Positions 1-8,751 of a stretch of 64,000 nucleotides of DNA are shown one piece after another (within the stretch, counting starts at the first letter, position 1; every line of letters starts with the position of its first letter). The stretch lies in IMG/VR virus record IMGVR_UViG_3300037313_000284, positions 1-64,000 of that record. One strand, written 5' to 3'. The position numbers were made by a program, and so were the translations under genes. The stretch comes from a virus. The notes below the pieces were generated by a model. It saw only the letters and a list, made by a program, of their open reading frames with translations. It was not told the DNA's origin and made no database searches.

Positions 1-19
1 CACTTGCGATCTATCGCAA

Positions 20-1765
20 GTGACGCGACGGCAGACCGCCAACATTACTAATACCGACGTCAATTCCGAAATGATGCTCTTCGCGGAAATGCGCCGTAAG
101 GCCAAATCCCTGAAGGAATTGGAAGAGATTAATAAGACGGTAAAGGAACGAGCGGAACGCATCGCTGCCATCTTCAAGAAAGAGTCCGAGTCATGGACTA
201 AGTTCCTGCACTTCACCTGCCCGGCGGAAGAGGTTGATATCAACTGGATTCTGCAACAAGCAGAAATGAGTGACCGGGAAGTTATTATTATCGACTACGT
301 TGGTCTGTTGGCAGGCTTGAACGGTGACGACCAATGGCGGGCTATGTCCAACGTAGTCCGTCAGGCCAAGATTTGGACGAACCGGACTGGCAAGACGGTT
401 ATTATTCTGGCGCAAATGCGCTTTGAAAACGGCAAGCCGGAACTGAAGTATTCCAAGGCCATCCTTGATCACTGTAATAACGCTTGGGCTTGGCAACACA
501 TCAAGGTCAACGGCAGGGATTATCTGATCGTCACGCAGATGAAAGCGCGTGAATCGATGAAGTACCTGTTTGGCCTACGTGTGTGGCCTGAATTTAGTCG
601 CGTGGGCGATCCGGTAGACGCGGCGGACGAAGAGGTGATCCGCAACGCTCTGGAAGATATTAAGCAAGGCAAAGACCCGGATAAGCGCTACCAAAAGGCG
701 GTTAACGGGAACGAAGAGCATGGTCGACGTGACCTTGAACTGGAAGAGGACGAGCCGTTATTAAAGAATGGCGGGCTCGCCGGTGGAGTGAGGCGCACAT
801 ATGATACTTCCGCTGATGACGATGTGGAATCAACTAATGGCAGAAGTGTGGACCGGAAAGGTAATAACCGGGTCACTTCCCGAGTCCTTCTCGGAGACAC
901 CAAAACCCGAGCCATCGCCCTCTCCAAGCTCAACCGAAAAGTCGCCCACCTGACGATTGAGGAAGCCGCTATTCAAGCCGACGAAATTATTCAACGTTGG
1001 GAAGAGGCGTCTGCGGGGCATCGTATCGGTATTGACCAACTTACTAAAGAAGCACTAGGTCTGACCGATACCAGGGCGATGCTCAGTCACGTCAAACGCA
1101 TTCAAGGTGACAAGGCTGCGCAGAAGCGACTATCCCCCTCAGAGTTAGAAATTCATCGGCAACGTGTGGAAGTTATTAAGCAAGCCACACAAGCGATCAA
1201 GACCAAAGGCCGGGAGTTTATTAGCGAAGAGGACTTCTACGCAAAGGACGATCTGCAACTAGCTGTGGATCGTGGAGAAGAGCCGTTAGCCGATCCTCGT
1301 ACGCTTGATCAGCCGTGGGAACTCAACGCGGTGGCATGGGCTGATCAACCTGCAATTACGCTACCGAACTCTGCTAAGCCTACTAAGTATCGTTGGGGTA
1401 AGGGGTCTAAGGACCCCGACGCTCTCATTAACTTCCGTAATGCAGCGAAAGCCGCAGAGAAGGGAGGTAAGATCGTTAAGGGGCAACGCGCAATTCTGTG
1501 GCCGCCGCTTAAGGGTAGCGTTGAAGATTACCACTACCTCGACGATGTGCAGTTGGATAGCGCAGTTAATATCGCCGCCAAGTACGTCAGCCGTAGTTTG
1601 GACGACGTGTCTATCGATGAATTCGCTAATGATATCGGTAAGTACGTGGAACTCATGGGGCCGGGCGCGTCTCGCGTCCATAACCGCAAACGTAAACGTG
1701 TTCCACTAACTCAGGCGGCCTACAAAGCTGCGTGTGAAAAGTTCGGATTAGATCACCATGGCTAA
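20..1765 (+). CDS. DnaB-like (SF4) replicative helicase, C-terminal part, with a long unrelated C-terminal extension; probably 5'-truncated by the window edge
   Basis: Walker B IIIDYVGLL, then IILAQ and KYSKAILDH..A, and QMKARE (arginine-finger region). No Walker A is present and the frame is open back to position 2. Confidence 0.75.
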   Translation: MTRRQTANITNTDVNSEMMLFAEMRRKAKSLKELEEINKTVKERAERIAAIFKKESESWTKFLHFTCPAEEVDINWILQQAEMSDREVIIIDYVGLLAGLNGDDQWRAMSNVVRQAKIWTNRTGKTVIILAQMRFENGKPELKYSKAILDHCNNAWAWQHIKVNGRDYLIVTQMKARESMKYLFGLRVWPEFSRVGDPVDAADEEVIRNALEDIKQGKDPDKRYQKAVNGNEEHGRRDLELEEDEPLLKNGGLAGGVRRTYDTSADDDVESTNGRSVDRKGNNRVTSRVLLGDTKTRAIALSKLNRKVAHLTIEEAAIQADEIIQRWEEASAGHRIGIDQLTKEALGLTDTRAMLSHVKRIQGDKAAQKRLSPSELEIHRQRVEVIKQATQAIKTKGREFISEEDFYAKDDLQLAVDRGEEPLADPRTLDQPWELNAVAWADQPAITLPNSAKPTKYRWGKGSKDPDALINFRNAAKAAEKGGKIVKGQRAILWPPLKGSVEDYHYLDDVQLDSAVNIAAKYVSRSLDDVSIDEFANDIGKYVELMGPGASRVHNRKRKRVPLTQAAYKAACEKFGLDHHG

Positions 1766-2300
1766 AACCAAGAAAACCACCACGTGGCGGATACTAAAAG
1801 ATCGACAACGCGTGCGGCGTATGGTGCCTCCGGTAGTCATACGCCGCCGTATTGCAGCGGCGACGATGAAAGACGACCCTGGAACTGTGGTGCTCGACAA
1901 GGCAAAACGCTTATCGGGTAAGCACGCCAGAGAGTTACGGAACCTGATCATCCGCAGCAAGGGGTTAGTAGACTCGCATTTGGCAGTCAAGCGGCGCTTT
2001 GAAATCGATGGTCTGGAAGACATGGGTCTAGAACCACGAGCGCGTGCACTTATTAGTAATGCTGTCAACAAGATCAGCGAAATCTTGCTGTTCAAGATGG
2101 TGGCTAAGGAATTAGTGAACGACAAAGCCCTATGCGATGAAATGGTGGACCTGTTCCTGCATCAACGTTTCGATGCAATGCGGGCTCCCGTAAAGCCTAA
2201 CGTTCCGCCTAACGACGCGGCAAATGCTCCTGTCGATCCGCGATGGGAGAGAGAACGCAATGACTACATGGCGTTGATCCACAAGTTAATGGATAATTAG
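1758..2300 (+). CDS. hypothetical helical protein; terminase small subunit candidate by position
   Basis: 180 aa ORF overlapping the helicase stop and ending 1 nt before the terminase large subunit gene. Confidence 0.45.
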   Translation: MAKTKKTTTWRILKDRQRVRRMVPPVVIRRRIAAATMKDDPGTVVLDKAKRLSGKHARELRNLIIRSKGLVDSHLAVKRRFEIDGLEDMGLEPRARALISNAVNKISEILLFKMVAKELVNDKALCDEMVDLFLHQRFDAMRAPVKPNVPPNDAANAPVDPRWERERNDYMALIHKLMDN

Positions 2301-2301
2301 T

Positions 2302-4695
2302 ATGTCTAGTCTCAAGGGCCGTCTTCGTGCGAAGAAACTTAAGAAGCGTAGGCTAGCTATCGCTGAAGAAACCAAGCCCGTAAAGAAGAAAGGCAAGGTT
2401 AAGGTAAAAACTACGGTTCGTGAGGAAGAGAAGAAGGTATTCACGGCAGGCGAAATTATTAAGGGTACAGAAGGCGCGAATTGTCTTCTGTGCATGCACT
2501 GGCGTAAGTGTCCGCGTCCGGTGGCTAAGAAGAATAACTCGAAGGCTTGTTCGAAGCTGAAGCTCTACCCGTTGAAGAGCGGGTCGGTTGCCGAATCCTA
2601 CACGGACAAAGCTATTAACCTTATTCTCGAAAAGAAGCGGGACAAAGACGCCGGGTTGTCGAAAGAAGAGCGGGTTATCTCTGAACTGATTTCTCGCACG
2701 CTTGCGGGTTCGGGTGTGACTGCCGCAGACTCACGTATTGACGACCGTGACTTGCCTACTGCGCCTAACTTCGCGACGTGGATTAGTGACCAACGCTACA
2801 TGGGCAACCTCGTGTCGCCTTGGGCCAAGCAAATTGAGCATCCCACTAAGTTAATGGCGGAATGGTGCCCTAATAAGAAGTGCACCGACTTGGAGTATTG
2901 GACTAACGTTCCAGTTGACGCCACTACCGGTGACATTTTCGACCGGGTTACGTTTCTAGAACATGGTAAATGCCCCAAATGTCACGCTACCAAGTCTGCG
3001 TTAATAAAAGAAGGTAAGCTACTTCCGTACAACGCCCTTGCGGGTTTGGCTGGTCAGCGTCTCGCTAAGACGTTCACGGCTACCGCGATGGCAGGTTATG
3101 ATCTGCAACGGTTTCTCAAGAGCCAAAACCCCTCGGCAATGCTAGGCCTGCCGGGTACGCAGGTATTAACCGGAACGTTTGCCGCGCTGACCTTCGAGCA
3201 AGCTAAGAACATGGTGTGGACCAACATCCACAACCTGTTACTAGACAGTGCGTGGTTCCAACAGTACCACGCACTTCTGAAAGACCAAAGCTATCGCTAC
3301 GGTATCGAAGACGTGTTTACCGTTACTAACACAGCTGCAAAATATCGTCACCGCAACCTCTTCTATCACACGTCCGGTCCGTCGAAGCGGACTATGCGTG
3401 GTGCTACTCGTTGCACGGCCATGATCGACGAAATCGGCTGGTTTACGGTGGCATTGAAGGGCGGTAAGGCAGGACAAGACCCGGAGCGCCTTGACGCGCA
3501 AGGCGTGCACGACGCGCTGGATCGCTCGTTACTAACCGTTCGTGGCGCGGCGCACAATCTACTAATGTCGGGCGGCAATGAGAACACCCCTATGGGGTTC
3601 CTCTACGAAGTGTCTTCGCCGCAGTCCAAGAACGATATGATCATGAAGCGCTACGAAGCTTCGCGTGGTTCTAGGACGATCTACGGATACCGGATGGCAA
3701 CATGGGAAGGTAACCCCACTCTGCCGCGCAACAGCGAGCCCATCGTTGAAGCGTTCCGTGAAAATCCAGTTAATGCAATGCGAGACTACGGCGCTGTCCC
3801 GCCGGTCAGTGGTAACCCGTTCGTGAAGCTTTCCATGCTGAGCAATTTATTCAGCGACCGGAGAGACAACGGCGGATTGCTGAAGACGGTTCGAATTACT
3901 AATAGAGCCGGACAAGCACAGACTAGCGGCAAGATCAAAAAACTACGACCGCACAGGGGAGAACCAAGTGTATTGGCGTTGGATGCTGGTAGTGTTAATA
4001 ACAGTTTCTCATTCTCTGTACTATACGGTAGTGAGCGCACAGGCCGAGTTATCTGCCCGTTTATCGGAGAGATTTTCCCGACCCCGGAAGCACCGACCCA
4101 CTTCCCTGATCTAGCTGAAGGGGTAATGGCGCAACTGATTGAGCACTACAATGTCGGATTAGTAGTGTCTGACCGGTGGCAGAACATCATGCTGCTACAG
4201 ACGTTGTGCGAAGAGCACGGTGTGGGTTTCGTAGCTCGTAGTTTGGCTTATCCTGACTTCGACGCGTTCAGACAATCTGCTATCTTTGACGGTGCGTTGT
4301 TACTACCGAAGTTGGAAAACAAGCCGAAGAAGGCTATTAGTATGTCGGGGGACAATGGCTACCCGTACATGTACCAAAACCAGCCTGTTTCGCATCTGTT
4401 GTATCAGCTTGTGGCAGTTAATGACGTGCCCAACGTTACGGTTGCCAAACCAGACGGGCATACGGATGACCTTTTCCGTTCGCTCGTGTTGGGTTTCACT
4501 GCAATTACTGACCCTGAGTACGCCGAGTTCTTCGACAACTCGACTGCAACACAACCCGCTCTTGGGTTTATGGTCAACTCTATAGGAACTGGCGGCGGAG
4601 CGTCGGTAACTACTAACATTGGTGTGGCAGTTGGTCCGCGTAACTCCGTGGGTGGAGGAACCGGTTCAATGGGCGTCACTACAGGGAGACAGTAA
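2302..4695 (+). CDS. terL: terminase large subunit
   Basis: Walker A-like AGQRLAKT, Walker B AMIDEIGW, coupling motif VSSP, RNase H-like nuclease LALDAG...DRWQ...TDDLF, and CxxC motifs (CPNKKC, CPKC). Confidence 0.88.
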   Translation: MSSLKGRLRAKKLKKRRLAIAEETKPVKKKGKVKVKTTVREEEKKVFTAGEIIKGTEGANCLLCMHWRKCPRPVAKKNNSKACSKLKLYPLKSGSVAESYTDKAINLILEKKRDKDAGLSKEERVISELISRTLAGSGVTAADSRIDDRDLPTAPNFATWISDQRYMGNLVSPWAKQIEHPTKLMAEWCPNKKCTDLEYWTNVPVDATTGDIFDRVTFLEHGKCPKCHATKSALIKEGKLLPYNALAGLAGQRLAKTFTATAMAGYDLQRFLKSQNPSAMLGLPGTQVLTGTFAALTFEQAKNMVWTNIHNLLLDSAWFQQYHALLKDQSYRYGIEDVFTVTNTAAKYRHRNLFYHTSGPSKRTMRGATRCTAMIDEIGWFTVALKGGKAGQDPERLDAQGVHDALDRSLLTVRGAAHNLLMSGGNENTPMGFLYEVSSPQSKNDMIMKRYEASRGSRTIYGYRMATWEGNPTLPRNSEPIVEAFRENPVNAMRDYGAVPPVSGNPFVKLSMLSNLFSDRRDNGGLLKTVRITNRAGQAQTSGKIKKLRPHRGEPSVLALDAGSVNNSFSFSVLYGSERTGRVICPFIGEIFPTPEAPTHFPDLAEGVMAQLIEHYNVGLVVSDRWQNIMLLQTLCEEHGVGFVARSLAYPDFDAFRQSAIFDGALLLPKLENKPKKAISMSGDNGYPYMYQNQPVSHLLYQLVAVNDVPNVTVAKPDGHTDDLFRSLVLGFTAITDPEYAEFFDNSTATQPALGFMVNSIGTGGGASVTTNIGVAVGPRNSVGGGTGSMGVTTGRQ

Positions 4696-5063
4696 TGTCA
4701 CAAGCGGCAGAGAAGACCAAAGAATCCAAGCTGATCAACTACGTGAAGCCTACTATTAAACCAAAAATCTCCAGCGTTCGTGTAGTCTACGACGTTATGA
4801 TAGAAATGTTGGAGATTTACGTAGTTAGTATTGCGGTCAATGACGAAAAGCGTATGTCATCGGCCATCGCAGACATTGGCACGATAATCGAACACGATAC
4901 AGATCGTTATCTTATGTTCGGAGAAAATCTTCCCCGACGTGACGACAACGATGGTGTATTAAGCTTCCAAGAGTCGGTCGTCCGAGGCACACGAGAGCTT
5001 TTTGCCTTCTGTGAAGACTTCAAAGTCGTTAGTATGTCCAGTACCGCTCACGTAGGAGATTAG
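4695..5063 (+). CDS. hypothetical protein
   Basis: 122 aa ORF with a TAATG overlap with the terL stop. Confidence 0.6.
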   Translation: MSQAAEKTKESKLINYVKPTIKPKISSVRVVYDVMIEMLEIYVVSIAVNDEKRMSSAIADIGTIIEHDTDRYLMFGENLPRRDDNDGVLSFQESVVRGTRELFAFCEDFKVVSMSSTAHVGD

Positions 5064-5066
5064 GAC

Positions 5067-5570
5067 ATGATTATTAGCGCAGTATTTGGCTTCTTAGGGG
5101 GCCTTATTTCCAACCTGCTTTGGTGGGCGTTCGGGATTGCCCTGCTCGTTGTCGTCGTTTGCTGGATTATTAATCGATACTTCGGCAAACTAGCTCTGCT
5201 GATTCCAGGGTTCTCGTTGATCAGCGGACTTTCGTTAGTAATTGCTGGCGTGATTGGTGCGATCAAAGCTGCGGCGTTCATCATGTACGTGTTTACGGCC
5301 CAACAACAGATTAATAAATTGAAGGCTGAAAAGGCGGGCTTGGAGCAAACTGTAAAGAGTAAGGACGCCGAAATAAGCCGCAAGCAAAAGCAAATCGATA
5401 GCGTCGATACTGCGGATCGTAACTCGGATACTAAATACGTCCCGGTCTATCGCACGATTGAGAAGCTACGAATTCAACCTGATCTGTCTATCGCCAACCG
5501 CCTAGCGCTAGAGCTAACGACAGACTTCTACAAGCAAGACGAGGTTCCCGATGCGCCGCCTGCTAATTAG
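5067..5570 (+). CDS. inner-membrane spanin (Rz-like)
   Basis: N-terminal TM helices then a coiled coil (QQQINKLKAEKAGLEQ); overlaps a downstream lipoprotein gene; AGGAG RBS. Confidence 0.65.
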   Translation: MIISAVFGFLGGLISNLLWWAFGIALLVVVVCWIINRYFGKLALLIPGFSLISGLSLVIAGVIGAIKAAAFIMYVFTAQQQINKLKAEKAGLEQTVKSKDAEISRKQKQIDSVDTADRNSDTKYVPVYRTIEKLRIQPDLSIANRLALELTTDFYKQDEVPDAPPAN

Positions 5571-5907
5571 TGGTGTTCTACTAACTACGCTCCTGTTGGG
5601 CGGCTGCGGAACTACGCAGCTATTCCGCCAACCGGAAAAGCAAACGTCTACTGTTTGCAACAAGATCACGCCTCCTAGGGAGGTATCGTTGAAGACGTTC
5701 ACCTTTTTTCCGGTTCCGGTGGGTACCACAGGAGAAGGCGGGGTGCCGCTGGCGGCTGGAGTCACCGCTGATGGATTGGCGGTAATAGTAGAAAACCTAG
5801 CTACCTTAAAGAAGCGCGAAGGCAACTGGCAAGATCGCGCTAAGGCAATTAATAATTGCCTCGATCAAGAGGCGAAAGATAGGGGCAAGATTAATGGAAA
5901 GAAGTGA
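5551..5907 (+). CDS. outer-membrane spanin lipoprotein (Rz1-like)
   Basis: Signal peptide with lipobox LLLGGC, Pro-rich segment, overlap with the i-spanin 3' end, GAGG RBS. Confidence 0.7.
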   Translation: MRRLLISGVLLTTLLLGGCGTTQLFRQPEKQTSTVCNKITPPREVSLKTFTFFPVPVGTTGEGGVPLAAGVTADGLAVIVENLATLKKREGNWQDRAKAINNCLDQEAKDRGKINGKK

Positions 5908-6190
5908 AGCTAGTTGGATTAGTCTGGAAAGTTCTAATCCGCTGGGCAAGACTCTGGCGATGATCGGCATGTGCGTCGGTGGCGTTGGTTACGCGATCTA
6001 TAGCGTGATTAAATGGATAGTTACTAGCTTTATCGATGGGCACGAGAACTTTTTCATGAGTCTCGGCGCAGTGTACATCGCAAACACCCTAGTCAAAGAG
6101 CTTGGATGGGAGCAGTGGTCTACGTTTGCGTTAATTATTATTCTATTGGTCACGTTGGGCGTGGCAAAAGAGTTGCGTAAGTCCTCTTAA
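5894..6190 (+). CDS. small multi-TM membrane protein (holin/antiholin candidate)
   Basis: About three hydrophobic segments and a basic C-terminus; adjacent to the spanins. Confidence 0.5.
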   Translation: MERSEASWISLESSNPLGKTLAMIGMCVGGVGYAIYSVIKWIVTSFIDGHENFFMSLGAVYIANTLVKELGWEQWSTFALIIILLVTLGVAKELRKSS

Positions 6191-6229
6191 TAACCACCTG
6201 CCAACTCAACCAATTTGTGGAGGAATTCG

Positions 6230-6451
6230 ATGCGCTGGTTTCTCACTTTCGTGCAGGGCATTCTCGCAGTAATAATCGGCCCTTGTGTGGGGCTAGTTGC
6301 AAGTGCAGCCATAGTGGTCGTGCTTGTTGGCTTGGGTTTTCAATTCTCCGAAGGCTCAGTGTACTTGTTCGCAGCAATCGGGCTGTTCGGTGGCCTGTAC
6401 ATGAGTTGCGACTGGATCAAAAATCAACTTCTAACAAAGGCTGTTAAATAA
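6230..6451 (+). CDS. small 2-TM membrane protein
   Basis: GGAGG RBS precedes ATG 6230, preferred over the track start 6215; two hydrophobic segments. Confidence 0.55.
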   Translation: MRWFLTFVQGILAVIIGPCVGLVASAAIVVVLVGLGFQFSEGSVYLFAAIGLFGGLYMSCDWIKNQLLTKAVK

Positions 6452-6786
6452 TGGACTTCGCTACCTTACCCTATCCGCTCGCGCTACTAGTCTTCGCGGT
6501 GATCGGTTACTTCCAAAGCACTATCTTCACGGCGGTTTCCCGCACGCGGAACGAAGACGACGTTGGTCGCCACCGTAAGTGGTCGTATCTCTCGCATAGC
6601 ACTTTCATGATCATGCAAATCATGATCCTCGGGACGCTGCTACCTAGCCTGATCCACGGTGATTTTATTAAAGTAGCCATCACTGTTCTTGTCTACACGG
6701 TCGCCAACGCCGAAGGCTCTTGTGCGATGATGAGCCGTATGGTCAAGCAACGGTACGCTAAGGCTAAGAAGGCAGCGGAAGGTTAG
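6451..6786 (+). CDS. 3-TM membrane protein
   Basis: TAATG coupling to the upstream gene, three hydrophobic segments, Lys-rich C-terminus. Confidence 0.6.
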   Translation: MDFATLPYPLALLVFAVIGYFQSTIFTAVSRTRNEDDVGRHRKWSYLSHSTFMIMQIMILGTLLPSLIHGDFIKVAITVLVYTVANAEGSCAMMSRMVKQRYAKAKKAAEG

Positions 6787-6789
6787 TAG

Positions 6790-7248
6790 ATGGCTAGTGT
6801 CGATATGTGCGAACATGGCTGGCCTGGAACCGGCTGCAAGGACTGTAAAGCCGAAGCTGAACAGGCGACACAAGAATCATTAGAAATCACAGTGGATAAG
6901 CACGAGAGCCCTTCGCGTCGGTTACCCTTCCTGAATGACCCGAAATACATCGTGGCTAATAACCAAATCGTCAATCGCGCGACGGGTGTAGCGATCCCTG
7001 ACGACGAGCCGGTGTTCATCGTGCGGGCTAAGGATATGTTCGCGGCTGAGTTACTTGTGCACTATGCCAAGATGGTAGACAACGGCAAGCATCAGGGCGC
7101 AATTCTGGGGCGGGTTAGTGATTTCCTGGAGTTTGCTCGCGAACACCCTGAACGCATGCAGCGCCCGACTACCGCGTTAGTAGACGTCGGGGACTACCTA
7201 CGTAGCGTAGTGCTGCATAATCCTCGATCCCTCTACACAAACGATTGA
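6790..7248 (+). CDS. conserved phage hypothetical protein (DEPVFxxRAKD motif)
   Basis: Tightly packed ORF; the motif IPDDEPVFIVRAKD recurs in phage hypothetical proteins (recalled); N-terminal CEH..CKDC cluster. Confidence 0.6.
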   Translation: MASVDMCEHGWPGTGCKDCKAEAEQATQESLEITVDKHESPSRRLPFLNDPKYIVANNQIVNRATGVAIPDDEPVFIVRAKDMFAAELLVHYAKMVDNGKHQGAILGRVSDFLEFAREHPERMQRPTTALVDVGDYLRSVVLHNPRSLYTND

Positions 7249-7278
7249 CTTCCTCAAAACAAAAGGCTGGATAATAAC

Positions 7279-7488
7279 ATGACGCCGTATGACGAAATCG
7301 AAGTTCCGATGCTAGGTGGTTGCATCGCCTTGGTACTAATTACTATCGTTTGGTTGATCCTCGGCGCGCCTGAGCAAAACACAGCTTGGCTGGATCGTGC
7401 ATCGGATCGCATGCGCACGGGCAACTTCTGGTCGCGTTTTCAGGCTTGGCGCATTTGGCGGACCCTTCGCCTAGTTGAGGATTATTAA
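7279..7488 (+). CDS. small membrane protein
   Basis: One TM segment; its stop abuts the next ATG. Confidence 0.5.
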   Translation: MTPYDEIEVPMLGGCIALVLITIVWLILGAPEQNTAWLDRASDRMRTGNFWSRFQAWRIWRTLRLVEDY

Positions 7489-8070
7489 ATGCTGTTGGCA
7501 CTCACGGGGAAGCGGTACGTCGGCAAGTCTACTATAGCTGACGTGCTAGTGGCGGAATATGGTTTTACTAAGTTGCACGCCTTTGGCGCGGGCAAAGTCA
7601 TGGTGGTTGCTTACTACCAACACCTCGGTATCGATCCAGAAACCGCCTATCGATTAGTATACGGAGACTTGAAAGACACGCCCCATCCGTTGATTCCCGG
7701 CGATGGACTTAGCCGTACCTTCATGGAAAAGCTGGGTTACCACATGGGCGTAGATATGGGTTGCGAATACACGCTCGGCGCGGAATACCGTCGAGCCAAG
7801 ACACTCAATCCGGAAGCCAGGTTTATTATCGAAAGCATGGTTTACGAGGCCCCGTATTTCAAGAAGTTGGGCGGCATTCTTATCCGTGTTACTCGCGAAA
7901 GTGCGTTTAGTGTTCAGGGCATCCACACAGACGCCGCCGTCGCCGCCATCCCGCACGATGTACTATTTAATAACATCGGACCAAAATCTGAGTTAGATAT
8001 CGCGCTGCACGGTCTGTTGCATGACCCGGTAATCTATGACCACGATTGGAGCAAGTGTGGACAGGTCTGA
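7489..8070 (+). CDS. deoxynucleoside monophosphate kinase
   Basis: N-terminal P-loop LALTGKRYVGKST, K-x-x-P...R..MEKLG segment and GGILIRVTR, all typical of phage dNMP kinases. Confidence 0.8.
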   Translation: MLLALTGKRYVGKSTIADVLVAEYGFTKLHAFGAGKVMVVAYYQHLGIDPETAYRLVYGDLKDTPHPLIPGDGLSRTFMEKLGYHMGVDMGCEYTLGAEYRRAKTLNPEARFIIESMVYEAPYFKKLGGILIRVTRESAFSVQGIHTDAAVAAIPHDVLFNNIGPKSELDIALHGLLHDPVIYDHDWSKCGQV

Positions 8071-8482
8071 CGTTTACAAAGTTATTGATGGCGAACGCGA
8101 CTATCAAGACTCGATGTGGAACGCTGACACTACAGCGTCGAAAGGTCTGCACACGCCGGGTGAGTTCCTACTAATGATGGAACACTACATCGCCGAAGCT
8201 CGTCGTGCTTATTGCTCTGCTGGTGAACCTCAAGCCACGACTAAAATGCTCGACCGTATGCGTTGTGTTACTGGCTTAGGGATCGCGTGTTTCGAACAGA
8301 ATGGGGTTCCGGCTAGAGGCGAAGCTCAGTCCGTTACGGTGGCTTATAATAAACTCGTTGAGCATCTTAAGTCTGCGCCCACGGAAGCGCCGTACAACGT
8401 GTTAGCAGAAGCTTGCGTTCGGTTGCCCGACGACAGGATGCTATCCACGCCGCCACTTATTAGACCAGAAGACCAGACATGA
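8036..8482 (+). CDS. hypothetical all-alpha protein, possibly a MazG-like NTP pyrophosphohydrolase
   Basis: IDGERDYQD..W / HTPGEFLLMMEHY helical pattern inside the nucleotide-metabolism cluster. The function is a guess. Confidence 0.35.
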   Translation: MTTIGASVDRSDVYKVIDGERDYQDSMWNADTTASKGLHTPGEFLLMMEHYIAEARRAYCSAGEPQATTKMLDRMRCVTGLGIACFEQNGVPARGEAQSVTVAYNKLVEHLKSAPTEAPYNVLAEACVRLPDDRMLSTPPLIRPEDQT

Positions 8483-8751
8483 CGTGGCAGGATTGCGTCA
8501 ACGCCTGTTACGAACTCGGCGGGTCTATTGCGACGTGCTTTAGTATCATGGTGTTGCTCCGTGATCGCGTCGTGAAAGGCATACATTGGTTCCCCACGGT
8601 GTTCTTCTTCACGTGGGGAATCTGGAATATTTATTATTACTACCACATGACACAACCTATTTCGCAGATTGGCGGCGGAGCCCTCGCCGTAGCCAACGCT
8701 GTGTGGTTGTTTCTTGCGTGGCGTTTTGGAGCGTTCAAGAGAACAAAATGA
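8479..8751 (+). CDS. PQ-loop/SemiSWEET-like 3-TM membrane protein
   Basis: 90 aa, three TM segments, RDRVVKGIHW...WGIWN.YY pattern; ATGA overlaps on both sides. Confidence 0.55.
   Translation: MTWQDCVNACYELGGSIATCFSIMVLLRDRVVKGIHWFPTVFFFTWGIWNIYYYYHMTQPISQIGGGALAVANAVWLFLAWRFGAFKRTK

Noticed and set aside
1-22. Perfect 10-bp inverted repeat CACTTGCGAT-CT-ATCGCAAGTG at the window edge
   Set aside because: It is real but sits in an open helicase frame with no upstream context. I cannot distinguish a regulatory or intron element from chance.
837-953. 38-codon alternate-frame ORF inside the helicase extension
   Set aside because: It is short, low-complexity and fully nested, consistent with chance.
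7245-7275. Sigma70-like promoter TTGACT...GATAAT
   Set aside because: The spacer is 19 nt and the -10 element overlaps the ribosome-binding region; support is too weak.
6790-8482. Named anti-defence proteins (Acb/Tad-type) among the small ORFs
   Set aside because: I could not match any family motif with confidence; this needs profile or structure searches.
8586-8747. N-terminal 54 aa of the 399 aa NrdB ORF in the track
   Set aside because: It overlaps the PQ-loop gene. NrdB similarity starts at ATG 8748, which forms an ATGA overlap.
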